DNA of 64,000 bases from Minisyncoccia bacterium (GTDB taxonomy: Bacteria; Patescibacteriota; Minisyncoccia; Phycocordibacterales; UBA918). Below are positions 56,138 through 64,000 of this stretch, in pieces (the first letter of the stretch is position 1; the number at the start of each line of letters is the position of its first letter). The position numbers and the translations under genes are program-made. Where the stretch lies: assembly GCA_041742075.1 (NCBI GenBank), contig JBGSJJ010000009.1, positions 12,895-76,894 on the forward strand, read 5' to 3'. The notes below the pieces were generated by a model that was not told the DNA's origin, made no database searches, and saw only the letters and a list, made by a program, of their open reading frames with translations.

Positions 56138-57595
56138 ATGTCAGCACACGAAGAACTTATTCAAGAACGAAGGCGGAAACGAGATGTGCTTATCGAAGCG
56201 GGAATGCATCCGTATAGTGCGACTACCAAAGCGACACACACGATGAAAGCAGTAAAGGAAGCTTTCCTTGAGCTTGCTACAGGTAACGTACCAGTAACGG
56301 TAGCAGGTAGAGTGGTGGCGCTTCGTGGACATGGAGCACTCGTGTTCTGTGATGTCTTCGATGGCACCGAAAGACTCCAACTTTTTTTCTCAAAAGAAAC
56401 TTTACCTGAGGAGGTATTCAACTTATTTGTAGACGCCATCGATGTCGGAGACTTTATTGAAGCAACCGGGGTACCCTTTATAACGAAGCGTGAGACCCAG
56501 GCAGTGCATGTTTCAGCTTGGCAAGTTTTAACAAAGTCACTTCAAGCTATCCCAGCTGAGCACTTTGGTATTAAAGACGAAGACGAACGTTATAGAAAGC
56601 GGTACTTAGACTTACTGCAAAATGAAGAGCTTCGTCATATGTTTCTTTTAAAAGAAAAATTCTGGGACGTCACTCGAGCGTTTATGAAACGTCAGGGTTT
56701 TTTAGAAGTCGAAACACCAACGATAGAAATCACGACTGGTGGAGCCGAAGCAAGGCCCTTTAAAACGTATCACAATGATTTTGATACTGAAGTGTTCATG
56801 AGAATTTCCGTCGGAGAGTTATGGCAGAAGCGACTGATGGCCGCGGGTTTACCAAAAGTTTTTGAAATAGGCAAAGCGTACCGAAATGAAGGAACTAGTC
56901 CAGAGCATCTCCAAGAGTTTACGAACATGGAGTTTTACTGGGCCTACGCTGATTATCGACAAGGCATGAAACTCGTACGTGAGCTCTACATTGAAATAGC
57001 CCAAGCGTTGTTTGGTACCACTACCTTCACCGCTCGCGAGCACACGTTTGACTTAGGGTCAGAGTGGCCGGAAATTGATTACGTGAGTGAAATTGAATCA
57101 CAAACGGGGGTTAATGTGATTTCAGCCAGTGAAGATAAGATGCGTGCTAAACTGGCAGAACTTAAGGTAACGTTTGAGGGTGCCAATCGCGAACGACTCA
57201 CCGACTCACTGTGGAAGCATTGTCGCAAGAGTATCGCCGGGCCAGCCTTTTTGGTAAACCACCCACTCTTAGTAGCACCTCTAGCAAAAACACGACCCGA
57301 TGGGGCGACCGTTGAGATGTTCCAGCCGATTATTGCTGGAAGCGAGGTAGGACGTGGCTATAGTGAGCTCAATGACCCAGATGATCAACGGGCACGCTTT
57401 GAAATCCAGCGAACGCTTCTCGAAGCGGGTGATGAAGAAGCGATGATGCCTGACTGGGAGTTCGTAGAAATGCTTGAGTACGGTATGCCACCAACCTGTG
57501 GTTTTGGTTTTGGTGAGAGATTCTTTGCCTTTTTAGTCGGGAAGCCACTTCGGGAAACACAATTATTTCCCCTCATGAAACCCCGCAACGATTAG
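56138..57595 (+). CDS. lysS: Lysine--tRNA ligase class II
   Basis: RYRKRYLDL, GGAEARPF, YRNEG, YSELNDP and YGMPPT motifs. Confidence 0.96.
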   Translation: MSAHEELIQERRRKRDVLIEAGMHPYSATTKATHTMKAVKEAFLELATGNVPVTVAGRVVALRGHGALVFCDVFDGTERLQLFFSKETLPEEVFNLFVDAIDVGDFIEATGVPFITKRETQAVHVSAWQVLTKSLQAIPAEHFGIKDEDERYRKRYLDLLQNEELRHMFLLKEKFWDVTRAFMKRQGFLEVETPTIEITTGGAEARPFKTYHNDFDTEVFMRISVGELWQKRLMAAGLPKVFEIGKAYRNEGTSPEHLQEFTNMEFYWAYADYRQGMKLVRELYIEIAQALFGTTTFTAREHTFDLGSEWPEIDYVSEIESQTGVNVISASEDKMRAKLAELKVTFEGANRERLTDSLWKHCRKSIAGPAFLVNHPLLVAPLAKTRPDGATVEMFQPIIAGSEVGRGYSELNDPDDQRARFEIQRTLLEAGDEEAMMPDWEFVEMLEYGMPPTCGFGFGERFFAFLVGKPLRETQLFPLMKPRND

Positions 57596-57624
57596 TCATG
57601 TTTGTGAGTTGTAGTTAACTATAT

Positions 57625-58302
57625 ATGGAAGCGCTTCCTCAGCACGTTGCTATTATAATGGACGGTAATCGTCGTGCCGGAAAAGCACTCTTTAGTGACC
57701 CACTTAAAGGTCACCGCGTCGGAGCAGAGACAGTAGAAGCGATTGTGCGTGCTTGTGCCAAACGAAACATTCCATTCCTGACGCTTTATGCGTTCTCGAC
57801 GGAAAACTGGAAACGAACGAAAATCGAAGTAGATACACTATTTGAATTGTTGTCAGTTTTTTTTGACTATCATCTTGAGCGACTTTTAAAAGAAAATGTG
57901 CGGGTCCGGGTTATCGGGAGACGTGATCGTTTACCGATTAACTTGGTTAAAAAAATTGAATCAATTGAGGTGATGTCAGCCAAAAAAAATGGTATCACGG
58001 TTACGATAGCGATTGACTACGGTGGTAGAGATGAGTTAGTTAGAGCAGTAACAAAAATTATAAGAACTGATACTGAGGTCAGCGAAGAGTCCCTGTCGCT
58101 CCTACTTGATACAAGCGGTGTCCCTGATCCAGACCTCATGATTCGAACCGGTGGAGAGAAGCGCTTGTCGGGTTTTTTACTTTGGCAAACGGCGTATGCA
58201 GAATTGTATTTTATTGATACTCTCTGGCCTCAATTTACAGAAACAGATTTAGATGAAGCACTCGCGTGGTTTGCCGGAAGAGAGAGGCGGAGAGGAAAGT
58301 AG
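57625..58302 (+). CDS. uppS: Undecaprenyl diphosphate synthase
   Basis: HVAIIMDGNRR, YAFSTENW and IRTGGEKRLSGFL motifs. Confidence 0.95.
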   Translation: MEALPQHVAIIMDGNRRAGKALFSDPLKGHRVGAETVEAIVRACAKRNIPFLTLYAFSTENWKRTKIEVDTLFELLSVFFDYHLERLLKENVRVRVIGRRDRLPINLVKKIESIEVMSAKKNGITVTIAIDYGGRDELVRAVTKIIRTDTEVSEESLSLLLDTSGVPDPDLMIRTGGEKRLSGFLLWQTAYAELYFIDTLWPQFTETDLDEALAWFAGRERRRGK

Positions 58303-58316
58303 TTCTTTGTACCAAA

Positions 58317-58347
58317 GAAAAGGCGCGCCCGTAGGGTGCGCCTTTTT
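58317..58347 (+). terminator. Intrinsic terminator
   Basis: AAAAGGCGCGCCC-gta-GGGTGCGCCTTTTT. Confidence 0.8.
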
Positions 58348-58363
58348 CGATATGTGTATAACT

Positions 58364-58420
58364 GTGGTTGGTGGTGGGGTATAGTGGTGTATAGTGTAAG
58401 TGTGGTGGGAGATAGTGGAA
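58364..58420 (+). promoter_or_regulatory. MraZ-binding direct repeats (dcw promoter)
   Basis: GTGG boxes at 58364, 58374, 58384, (GTGT 58394), 58405 and 58415, about 10-bp periodicity, directly upstream of mraZ. Confidence 0.75.
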
Positions 58421-58453
58421 TATGCAACGAAAGTTGTATAAACTAATCAAGAC

Positions 58454-58888
58454 ATGTTAATTGGTGAATATAAGCATACGTTGGATCCTAAGAAACGGCT
58501 GTCCTTACCGTCTAAATGGCGGAAGGATCTTGGGAAAAAGCTTGTAGTAACCAAAGGTCTTGATAACTGTCTCTTTGTATATCCGCTCAAGGAGTGGCAG
58601 AAGATCACTGAAAAAATTGGTCAACTGCCACTCGGGCAAGCGGATACGAGAAGTTTCAATAGATTCTTCTTATCCGGAGCAGTAGAAGTTGAGGTTGATA
58701 GCGTTGGACGAATTCTCGTTCCAGATTTCTTAAAGGAATTTGCCTTGCTCGACAGTAAAGTCGTGCTCGCAGGTATCCATGATCGTGTAGAGATTTGGGC
58801 AGAGAATACGTGGGACGACTATAAAAAGCGAATCGAACTCGAAGCAGATCGGCTTGCTGAAAAACTTGGAGAAATCGGCGTCCTCTAA
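58454..58888 (+). CDS. mraZ: Division/cell wall cluster transcriptional repressor MraZ
   Basis: GEYKHTLDPKKRLSLP, DSVGRILVP and RVEIW motifs. Confidence 0.96.
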   Translation: MLIGEYKHTLDPKKRLSLPSKWRKDLGKKLVVTKGLDNCLFVYPLKEWQKITEKIGQLPLGQADTRSFNRFFLSGAVEVEVDSVGRILVPDFLKEFALLDSKVVLAGIHDRVEIWAENTWDDYKKRIELEADRLAEKLGEIGVL

Positions 58889-58934
58889 TTTATTGCATCA
58901 GAGTGAGTACAGGTACCACACAACACCTACTCAA

Positions 58935-59834
58935 ATGCAACATATTACGGTCCTTCAAAATGAAGTGCTCGAGGTATTGCGTCCACCAAAAGATGCCGTC
59001 ATCGTAGACTGCACACTCGGTAGTGGAGGTCATGCGGAGACTATAGTAAGTACACTCAGTAAGAAGAGTGTATATATTGCTATAGACCAAGACCCCACTG
59101 CACTGGAGTCCAGTCAAAAAAGACTCGGTGAGACAAAGGCCACACTTCATTTTGAAAACGGTAACTTCAAAGACATCAAAGCCATTGTTCTAAAATACGG
59201 CTACCAAGAGGTCGACGCAATCATTGCAGACCTCGGTTGGCGGATAGAGCAGTTTGATGGCAGTAGTGGAGTACCAAGAGGGTTTTCCTTCAAGGCAAAC
59301 GAACCACTCCTGATGACGTATGGCGATCCTGACTCCTACTCATTTACCGCATACGACATAGTAAATGAGTGGCACGAGGAAGATATAGCCAACGTCCTGT
59401 ATGCCTACGGAGAAGAGCGCTTTTCACGAAGAATCGCTCACGCGATAATTCTAAGAAGAGAAGAGCAGGTCATTGCAACGTCTGACGATTTAGCCGAAGT
59501 AATAGCTAGTGCCGTACCAAAAGCATACGCCAGAGGTAAGACACACCCGGCCACAAAAAGTTTTCAAGCACTCCGGATTGCAGTCAATGATGAATTTGAT
59601 TCACTGACCGCACTCATAAACGAAGGGTTTGAACTTTTGAAGCCAGGCGGAAGAATGGCAATCATTACCTTCCATAGTCTTGAAGACAGAATAGTTAAAG
59701 AACATTTTAGAAATCTTACACGCGATCAACGTGCCGTCCTCGTACACAAGAAACCAATCGTACCAAACTATGATGAAGTGAAGACAAATAGCCGGGCCCG
59801 CAGTGCCAAGCTCAGAACCATCGAGAAATTGTAG
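58935..59834 (+). CDS. rsmH: 16S rRNA m4C1402 methyltransferase
   Basis: HITVL, DCTLGSGGH, FQALRIAVNDE, TFHSLED and RARSAKLR motifs. Confidence 0.95.
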   Translation: MQHITVLQNEVLEVLRPPKDAVIVDCTLGSGGHAETIVSTLSKKSVYIAIDQDPTALESSQKRLGETKATLHFENGNFKDIKAIVLKYGYQEVDAIIADLGWRIEQFDGSSGVPRGFSFKANEPLLMTYGDPDSYSFTAYDIVNEWHEEDIANVLYAYGEERFSRRIAHAIILRREEQVIATSDDLAEVIASAVPKAYARGKTHPATKSFQALRIAVNDEFDSLTALINEGFELLKPGGRMAIITFHSLEDRIVKEHFRNLTRDQRAVLVHKKPIVPNYDEVKTNSRARSAKLRTIEKL

Positions 59835-59846
59835 CTACCACAAACA

Positions 59847-60173
59847 ATGAATCTACCACGCACAGCAACATATGTACTTAAAAATGACACTCTGGTTGTC
59901 TATGTGCTCGTTTGTTGTATTTGTTCGCTCGTGTCTCTTTACCTCTACTTTGTGAGTGCCTCGATTCACCATGTAGTGATGCGTACAGAGATTGAGCACA
60001 AAATCGGTGCGCTTCATTCAGAATTAAGTGCGCTTGAGACTGACCTCATGATGGTGCAACACAAAGTCAGTGCCGAGATAGCAACGCTCTCAGGCTACGT
60101 AGAACCTAAGGGAAAAGTATTTATAAACAGAGGTACCGAGAGTCTCGTACTCGGTGAACGACAAGAACCATAA
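59847..60173 (+). CDS. FtsL-like cell division protein
   Basis: TM helix plus coiled coil, located between rsmH and ftsI. Confidence 0.65.
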   Translation: MNLPRTATYVLKNDTLVVYVLVCCICSLVSLYLYFVSASIHHVVMRTEIEHKIGALHSELSALETDLMMVQHKVSAEIATLSGYVEPKGKVFINRGTESLVLGERQEP

Positions 60174-60181
60174 CCTCAGCT

Positions 60182-61900
60182 ATGAGGAAAGATGCTGTAT
60201 TGCGAATACGAATAATCACTGGAACGGTTTTAGCAATCGCTCTTCTTTTAGTAGGGAGGCTTTATTATATTCAACTGTACGACCATAAAACGTACGTAGA
60301 GCGTGCTGAACAGCAGTATGTACATACTGTGCAAGACCTGTATGACCGGGGGAGTATTTTTTTTACCACTAAAGACGGCGATCATGTATCTGCCGCGACT
60401 ATTCAAACTGGCTTTGTGCTCGCAATAGACGCAACCCGAATTACCGATGGTGAAGCGGTCTATACAGCGTTAAATGCTGTTCTACCAATTGAACGTGAAC
60501 GCTTTATGTCCCAGTTGCTGAACAAAGAAAAAACCTACCAGGAAGTTAACCAAAGGGTTTCAAACGAGGATGCTGAGAAAATTTCTGCCCTAGATCTACC
60601 GGGTGTTCAGCTCTATCGGACACACTGGCGCTATTACCCTGGTCAATCACTTAGTGCGCGAACTGTTGGCTTTGTCGGCTTTACCGAAGACTCTGGTGAT
60701 AAACTCACTGGACGATTTGGCTTGGAGCTTTACCACGAAGATGTGTTGAGTCGAAACGCCCAGAAAAAATCAGTAGACTTTTTTGCAGAAATATTTACAA
60801 ACCTAGGGAGTGTCGTCTTTGATAACAAACCAGCCAGGGAAGGAGACGTGATTACCTCTATTGAACCGACCGTAGCTCGTATGCTCGACAACAAGCTGGC
60901 TGAGGTGCAAGAGCAGTATCAAAGCCGTTTAACCGGTGGCATTATTATTAACCCGCAAGACGGCTCGATTTACGCGATGAATGTTCTCCCAACGTTTGAC
61001 TTAAATGATCGGACTGGTAAGACCATCGAGGATTTCAGTAACCCGCTCGTACAAGAGACTTATGAAATGGGTTCGATTATTAAGGCGCTCACGATTGCGG
61101 CCGGGCTCGATAGCGGTGCGATACTCCCAACGAGTACCTACTACGATGCGGGGTTCTTAGAGTTGAACACCTTTACTATCAAAAACTATGACGGTAAAGG
61201 AAGAGGTACAGTGGATATGCAACAGGTACTCAGTCAGTCACTCAATACCGGCGTGTCACACATCGTTTCGAAAATGGGTAATAAAGCCTTCCGAGACTAC
61301 TTCAAGGCCCTTAAACTCGATAGTGAAACTGGTATCGATATACCGTATGAAGCACATGGTACCTTAACAAACTTAAACTCTCCTCGTGACGTAGAGTATG
61401 CGACGGCTTCATTTGGTCAGGGAATTGCCATGACACCGATTGCTACCGTACGCGCACTTTCTGCTCTCGGTAATGGAGGGCGCTTGATTACACCACACAT
61501 TGCCACTGAAATTCAGTACTTAAGCGGTAAGCGAGAACCGATTACGTATCCGGAAGGAGAACAGGTATTTTCGCCTGAAACCAGTGAAGAAATATCACGC
61601 ATGCTCACGGTGGTAGTTGATGAAGCCCTTCGAGGCGGAAAAATGAAGATAGAGAACTATTCTATCGGAGCTAAAACCGGAACCGCGCAGATACCAAACC
61701 CAAATGGCGGGGGATACTATGATGACCGTTATCTCCACTCCTTTTTTGGTTATTTTCCTGCCTATGAACCAAAATACCTAGTTTTCTTGTATACTGTAGA
61801 GCCTAAAGGCGTTCAGTATGCTTCAGAAACGTTGACTGAACCGTTTATGGATATTACTAAGTTTTTAATTAACTACTACAACGTTCCCCCTGATAGATAG
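60182..61900 (+). CDS. ftsI: Penicillin-binding protein 3 (class B)
   Basis: RGSIF, GSIIK (SxxK), SLN and KTGTAQ motifs, in dcw context. Confidence 0.88.
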   Translation: MRKDAVLRIRIITGTVLAIALLLVGRLYYIQLYDHKTYVERAEQQYVHTVQDLYDRGSIFFTTKDGDHVSAATIQTGFVLAIDATRITDGEAVYTALNAVLPIERERFMSQLLNKEKTYQEVNQRVSNEDAEKISALDLPGVQLYRTHWRYYPGQSLSARTVGFVGFTEDSGDKLTGRFGLELYHEDVLSRNAQKKSVDFFAEIFTNLGSVVFDNKPAREGDVITSIEPTVARMLDNKLAEVQEQYQSRLTGGIIINPQDGSIYAMNVLPTFDLNDRTGKTIEDFSNPLVQETYEMGSIIKALTIAAGLDSGAILPTSTYYDAGFLELNTFTIKNYDGKGRGTVDMQQVLSQSLNTGVSHIVSKMGNKAFRDYFKALKLDSETGIDIPYEAHGTLTNLNSPRDVEYATASFGQGIAMTPIATVRALSALGNGGRLITPHIATEIQYLSGKREPITYPEGEQVFSPETSEEISRMLTVVVDEALRGGKMKIENYSIGAKTGTAQIPNPNGGGYYDDRYLHSFFGYFPAYEPKYLVFLYTVEPKGVQYASETLTEPFMDITKFLINYYNVPPDR

Positions 61901-61912
61901 TAGCTATGACGT

Positions 61913-63205
61913 ATGAAAGAATTCCTAAAATCTATTGTTGTTGCAATTCTTACTTTTGAAGCAAAGATACTCTTAAGACGGGCTAAGCCAACCATTATTG
62001 CAGTGACTGGTAGTGTGGGTAAGACATCGACCAAGGATGCAATTTACTCTGCTCTTAAAGACAGTGTATACATTCGTAAGAGTCAAAAAAGTTTTAACTC
62101 GGAAATCGGGGTACCACTTTCAATTCTCGGTTTAGAGAATGGGTGGAGCAACCCATTTCTCTGGCTTAAAAATATTGTTGACGGCGCTCTTCTTTTAGTA
62201 ACTCCACTTAAGTACCCAAAAGTCCTCGTGCTGGAGATGGGTGTTGATAGGCCAGGCGATATGCAGAAACTGATGACCTGGATTACCCCCGACGTCGTCG
62301 TGCTGACACGGTTGCCTGACGTACCGGTACATGTAGAGTACTTCAGAGACCCTGAAGAAGTCATTCAGGAAAAACTTCATCTTGTAAATAATTTACGTGA
62401 TACAGGAATTTTGGTGTATAACCATGATGACGAACGGGTACGAGTTGAAGCCGAAAACATTCGACAAAAAACGTTTGGCTATAGTCGGTACAGCCCATCA
62501 GACTATACTCTTTCGGGTGATGAAATTATTTTTGAGAATAGACGGCCAATCGGTATGACCTGTACGCTCGAGCATGTAGAGGAGTCTGTCACTCTCATGA
62601 TTACGGGCTCACTTGGTGTTCAACATGCCTATAGCTACGCCGCTGCGTGCGCGGTAGCTCAACACTTTGGGGTGTCACTTGAAGACTCAGCCCGCGCTCT
62701 GTCGCTTGACGTACCACCACCGGGACGGATGCGGATACTGCCAGGTATTGAACATACCTTGATTGTTGATGATACGTATAACTCTTCACCAGTGGCGGCT
62801 CTCCGTGCCCTTGAGACGTTGGCCGAGCTAACCTCATACGGCCAACGAAAGATAGCGGTGCTCGGCGACATGCTTGAGCTCGGAAAATACTCAACGCGTG
62901 AACATGAGCGAGTCGGTGAGTATGCTGCAAAAGTAGTAGATGTGCTCGTGACCGTCGGGGTACGTTCACGGAAGACCGCCGAAGCAGCCTTAGAGGCAGG
63001 TCTCTCAGAAAAAGTGATTTTGCAGTACGACACGATAGAGGATGCGATTGCAGAAGTACCGCGGATCTTGCAAGACGGAGATGCGGTGTTGGTTAAAGCT
63101 TCACAAGGGGTTCGTGCGGAAAAATTAGTGGCAATTCTTATGGAAGAACCAGAACGAGCCAGAGAACTCTTGGTGCGACAAGATGCAATGTGGGATAAAA
63201 AGTAA
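61913..63205 (+). CDS. murF: UDP-MurNAc-tripeptide--D-Ala-D-Ala ligase
   Basis: TGSVGKTSTK, NSEIGVP, DDTYNSSP, LGDMLELG and LVKASQG motifs. Confidence 0.93.
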   Translation: MKEFLKSIVVAILTFEAKILLRRAKPTIIAVTGSVGKTSTKDAIYSALKDSVYIRKSQKSFNSEIGVPLSILGLENGWSNPFLWLKNIVDGALLLVTPLKYPKVLVLEMGVDRPGDMQKLMTWITPDVVVLTRLPDVPVHVEYFRDPEEVIQEKLHLVNNLRDTGILVYNHDDERVRVEAENIRQKTFGYSRYSPSDYTLSGDEIIFENRRPIGMTCTLEHVEESVTLMITGSLGVQHAYSYAAACAVAQHFGVSLEDSARALSLDVPPPGRMRILPGIEHTLIVDDTYNSSPVAALRALETLAELTSYGQRKIAVLGDMLELGKYSTREHERVGEYAAKVVDVLVTVGVRSRKTAEAALEAGLSEKVILQYDTIEDAIAEVPRILQDGDAVLVKASQGVRAEKLVAILMEEPERARELLVRQDAMWDKK

Positions 63206-63206
63206 A

Positions 63207-63235
63207 AGGGCGCACCACTTCTTGGTGCGCCCTTC
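63207..63235. terminator. Terminator hairpin between convergent genes
   Basis: AAGGGCGCACCA-cttct-TGGTGCGCCCTT. Confidence 0.75.
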
Positions 63236-63248
63236 GGTCCTCTGGGTA

Positions 63249-63737
63249 TCAATGTATACCTGGTAAAGGATGTATAAGATACATAGAATAAAACTTGCTC
63301 GTATCACGACCAGCCATTCCGGCTTCAAATACTGGTGCCAGATCGCCAAAATCTTCGAAAAGGTCTTTAATAAGATTGTGGACTGAACCCTCACTTTCAA
63401 GTATCTCGCTGTCGTCAGTGGTGTCGTATTCAAGCTGTTCAGTTATATAGTTTAGTGAAAACTGACCACCTTTGTGATACCGGTTAGCAATATTGATGGC
63501 CTGCAAAACCTGCTTCTCATAGGCCATTGAAATTGCTTGCAGGTAAATAACTTTTACCTGTACAGTCTCTTCATCTTCGTATACGCTAAACTCAAAGCGA
63601 ATACTAGTTTTTCCTTTCCGGTATGGAATAACCACTGATTCTGAATGTTGTGTACTGTCATATTGCCAACCAGCAGTCACAGCTAAGGCATAGATGGAGC
63701 TATCACCGCTTGGATAACCGTCATCAACATTGCTCAT
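63249..63737 (-). CDS. YbjN / T3SS-chaperone-fold-like protein
   Basis: VLQAINIANRYHKGGQFSL pattern and an AGGAG SD. Confidence 0.6.
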   Translation of the reverse strand: MSNVDDGYPSGDSSIYALAVTAGWQYDSTQHSESVVIPYRKGKTSIRFEFSVYEDEETVQVKVIYLQAISMAYEKQVLQAINIANRYHKGGQFSLNYITEQLEYDTTDDSEILESEGSVHNLIKDLFEDFGDLAPVFEAGMAGRDTSKFYSMYLIHPLPGIH

Positions 63738-63865
63738 GACAAAGAACTCCTGTTGCTATTTAGTTCATTTGTACTGCCATTTTCATTATTTGACAAGTAT
63801 TTGCACGTACGAAGGTTCCTTGCTATAAAAGGAAAGGAATATAACCTCTCTCAGGGAGCCTATAA

Positions 63866-63946
63866 TTGAAAATAGTCTACAAAGACGCTTCCACTGAAAC
63901 CAGAACCAGACCACCAAGTCGAAAACCTCCCAGACCCCCGCGCTGA
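63866..63946 (+). CDS. Candidate 26-aa Pro/Arg-rich peptide
   Basis: TTGCAC-17-TATAAA promoter (63801-63829), GGGAG SD, TTG start, MKIVYKDASTETRTRPPSRKPPRPPR*, then a strong hairpin at 63956-63985 and a T-tract. Confidence 0.45.
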   Translation: MKIVYKDASTETRTRPPSRKPPRPPR

Positions 63947-64000
63947 AGTCGCAAACGGCCCGCCTCTTTTAAAGAGAGCGGGCCGGTCTATTTTTTAGGA

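Noticed and set aside
58364-58420. CRISPR-like or microsatellite repeat
   Set aside because: The 10-bp phased GTGG boxes have no spacers and are explained as an MraZ operator. No CRISPR array or cas gene was seen in the window.
388-63433. Numerous 60-200 aa ORFs antisense to or nested in recognised genes (for example 388..819, 28034..28588, 42452..42937, 62659..63252)
   Set aside because: Shadow ORFs with no motifs or expression signals
1-64000. Alternative genetic code (UGA=Gly, as in Gracilibacteria/Absconditabacteria)
   Set aside because: Conserved genes are full length under code 11 and TGA serves as a stop (for example mreC)

Overview
This is a gene-dense, mostly housekeeping segment of a small-genome bacterium using genetic code 11. 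Gene content suggests Patescibacteria/CPR, Parcubacteria-like (inference): reduced PrmC, ProRS and PriA, an HTH-MurA fusion, a GT4-GH57-GH15 alpha-glucan cluster, a VirB4/TraD-like ATPase beside a giant membrane protein, and mostly SD-less starts. Recognisable genes cover translation (hisS, prmC, rpmG, truB, hpf, fmt, def, frr, proS, lysS, rsmH), repair and replication (ung, mutM, priA, holB-like), envelope and division (murA, two mreB, mreC, mreD-like, mrdA, uppS, mraZ, ftsL-like, ftsI, murF) and transport (ABC-2, CNNM, P-type ATPase, ClC, NhaD). Signals not explained by the ORF track: (1) a tRNA-Asn(GUU) gene split inside the anticodon (35/36) by a compact 208-nt group I intron; (2) four dispersed copies of a 120-200 nt multi-stem element placed at stop codons, with shared internal-loop and apical motifs but locus-specific outer arms, three of which base-pair with the end of the upstream gene; (3) several unannotated microproteins with plausible promoters, including a free-standing CxxC peptide resembling a ribonucleotide reductase tail and a Pro/Arg-rich 26-mer. 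No CRISPR array, transposase, integrase or rRNA was seen. All calls were made by eye, without database searches.
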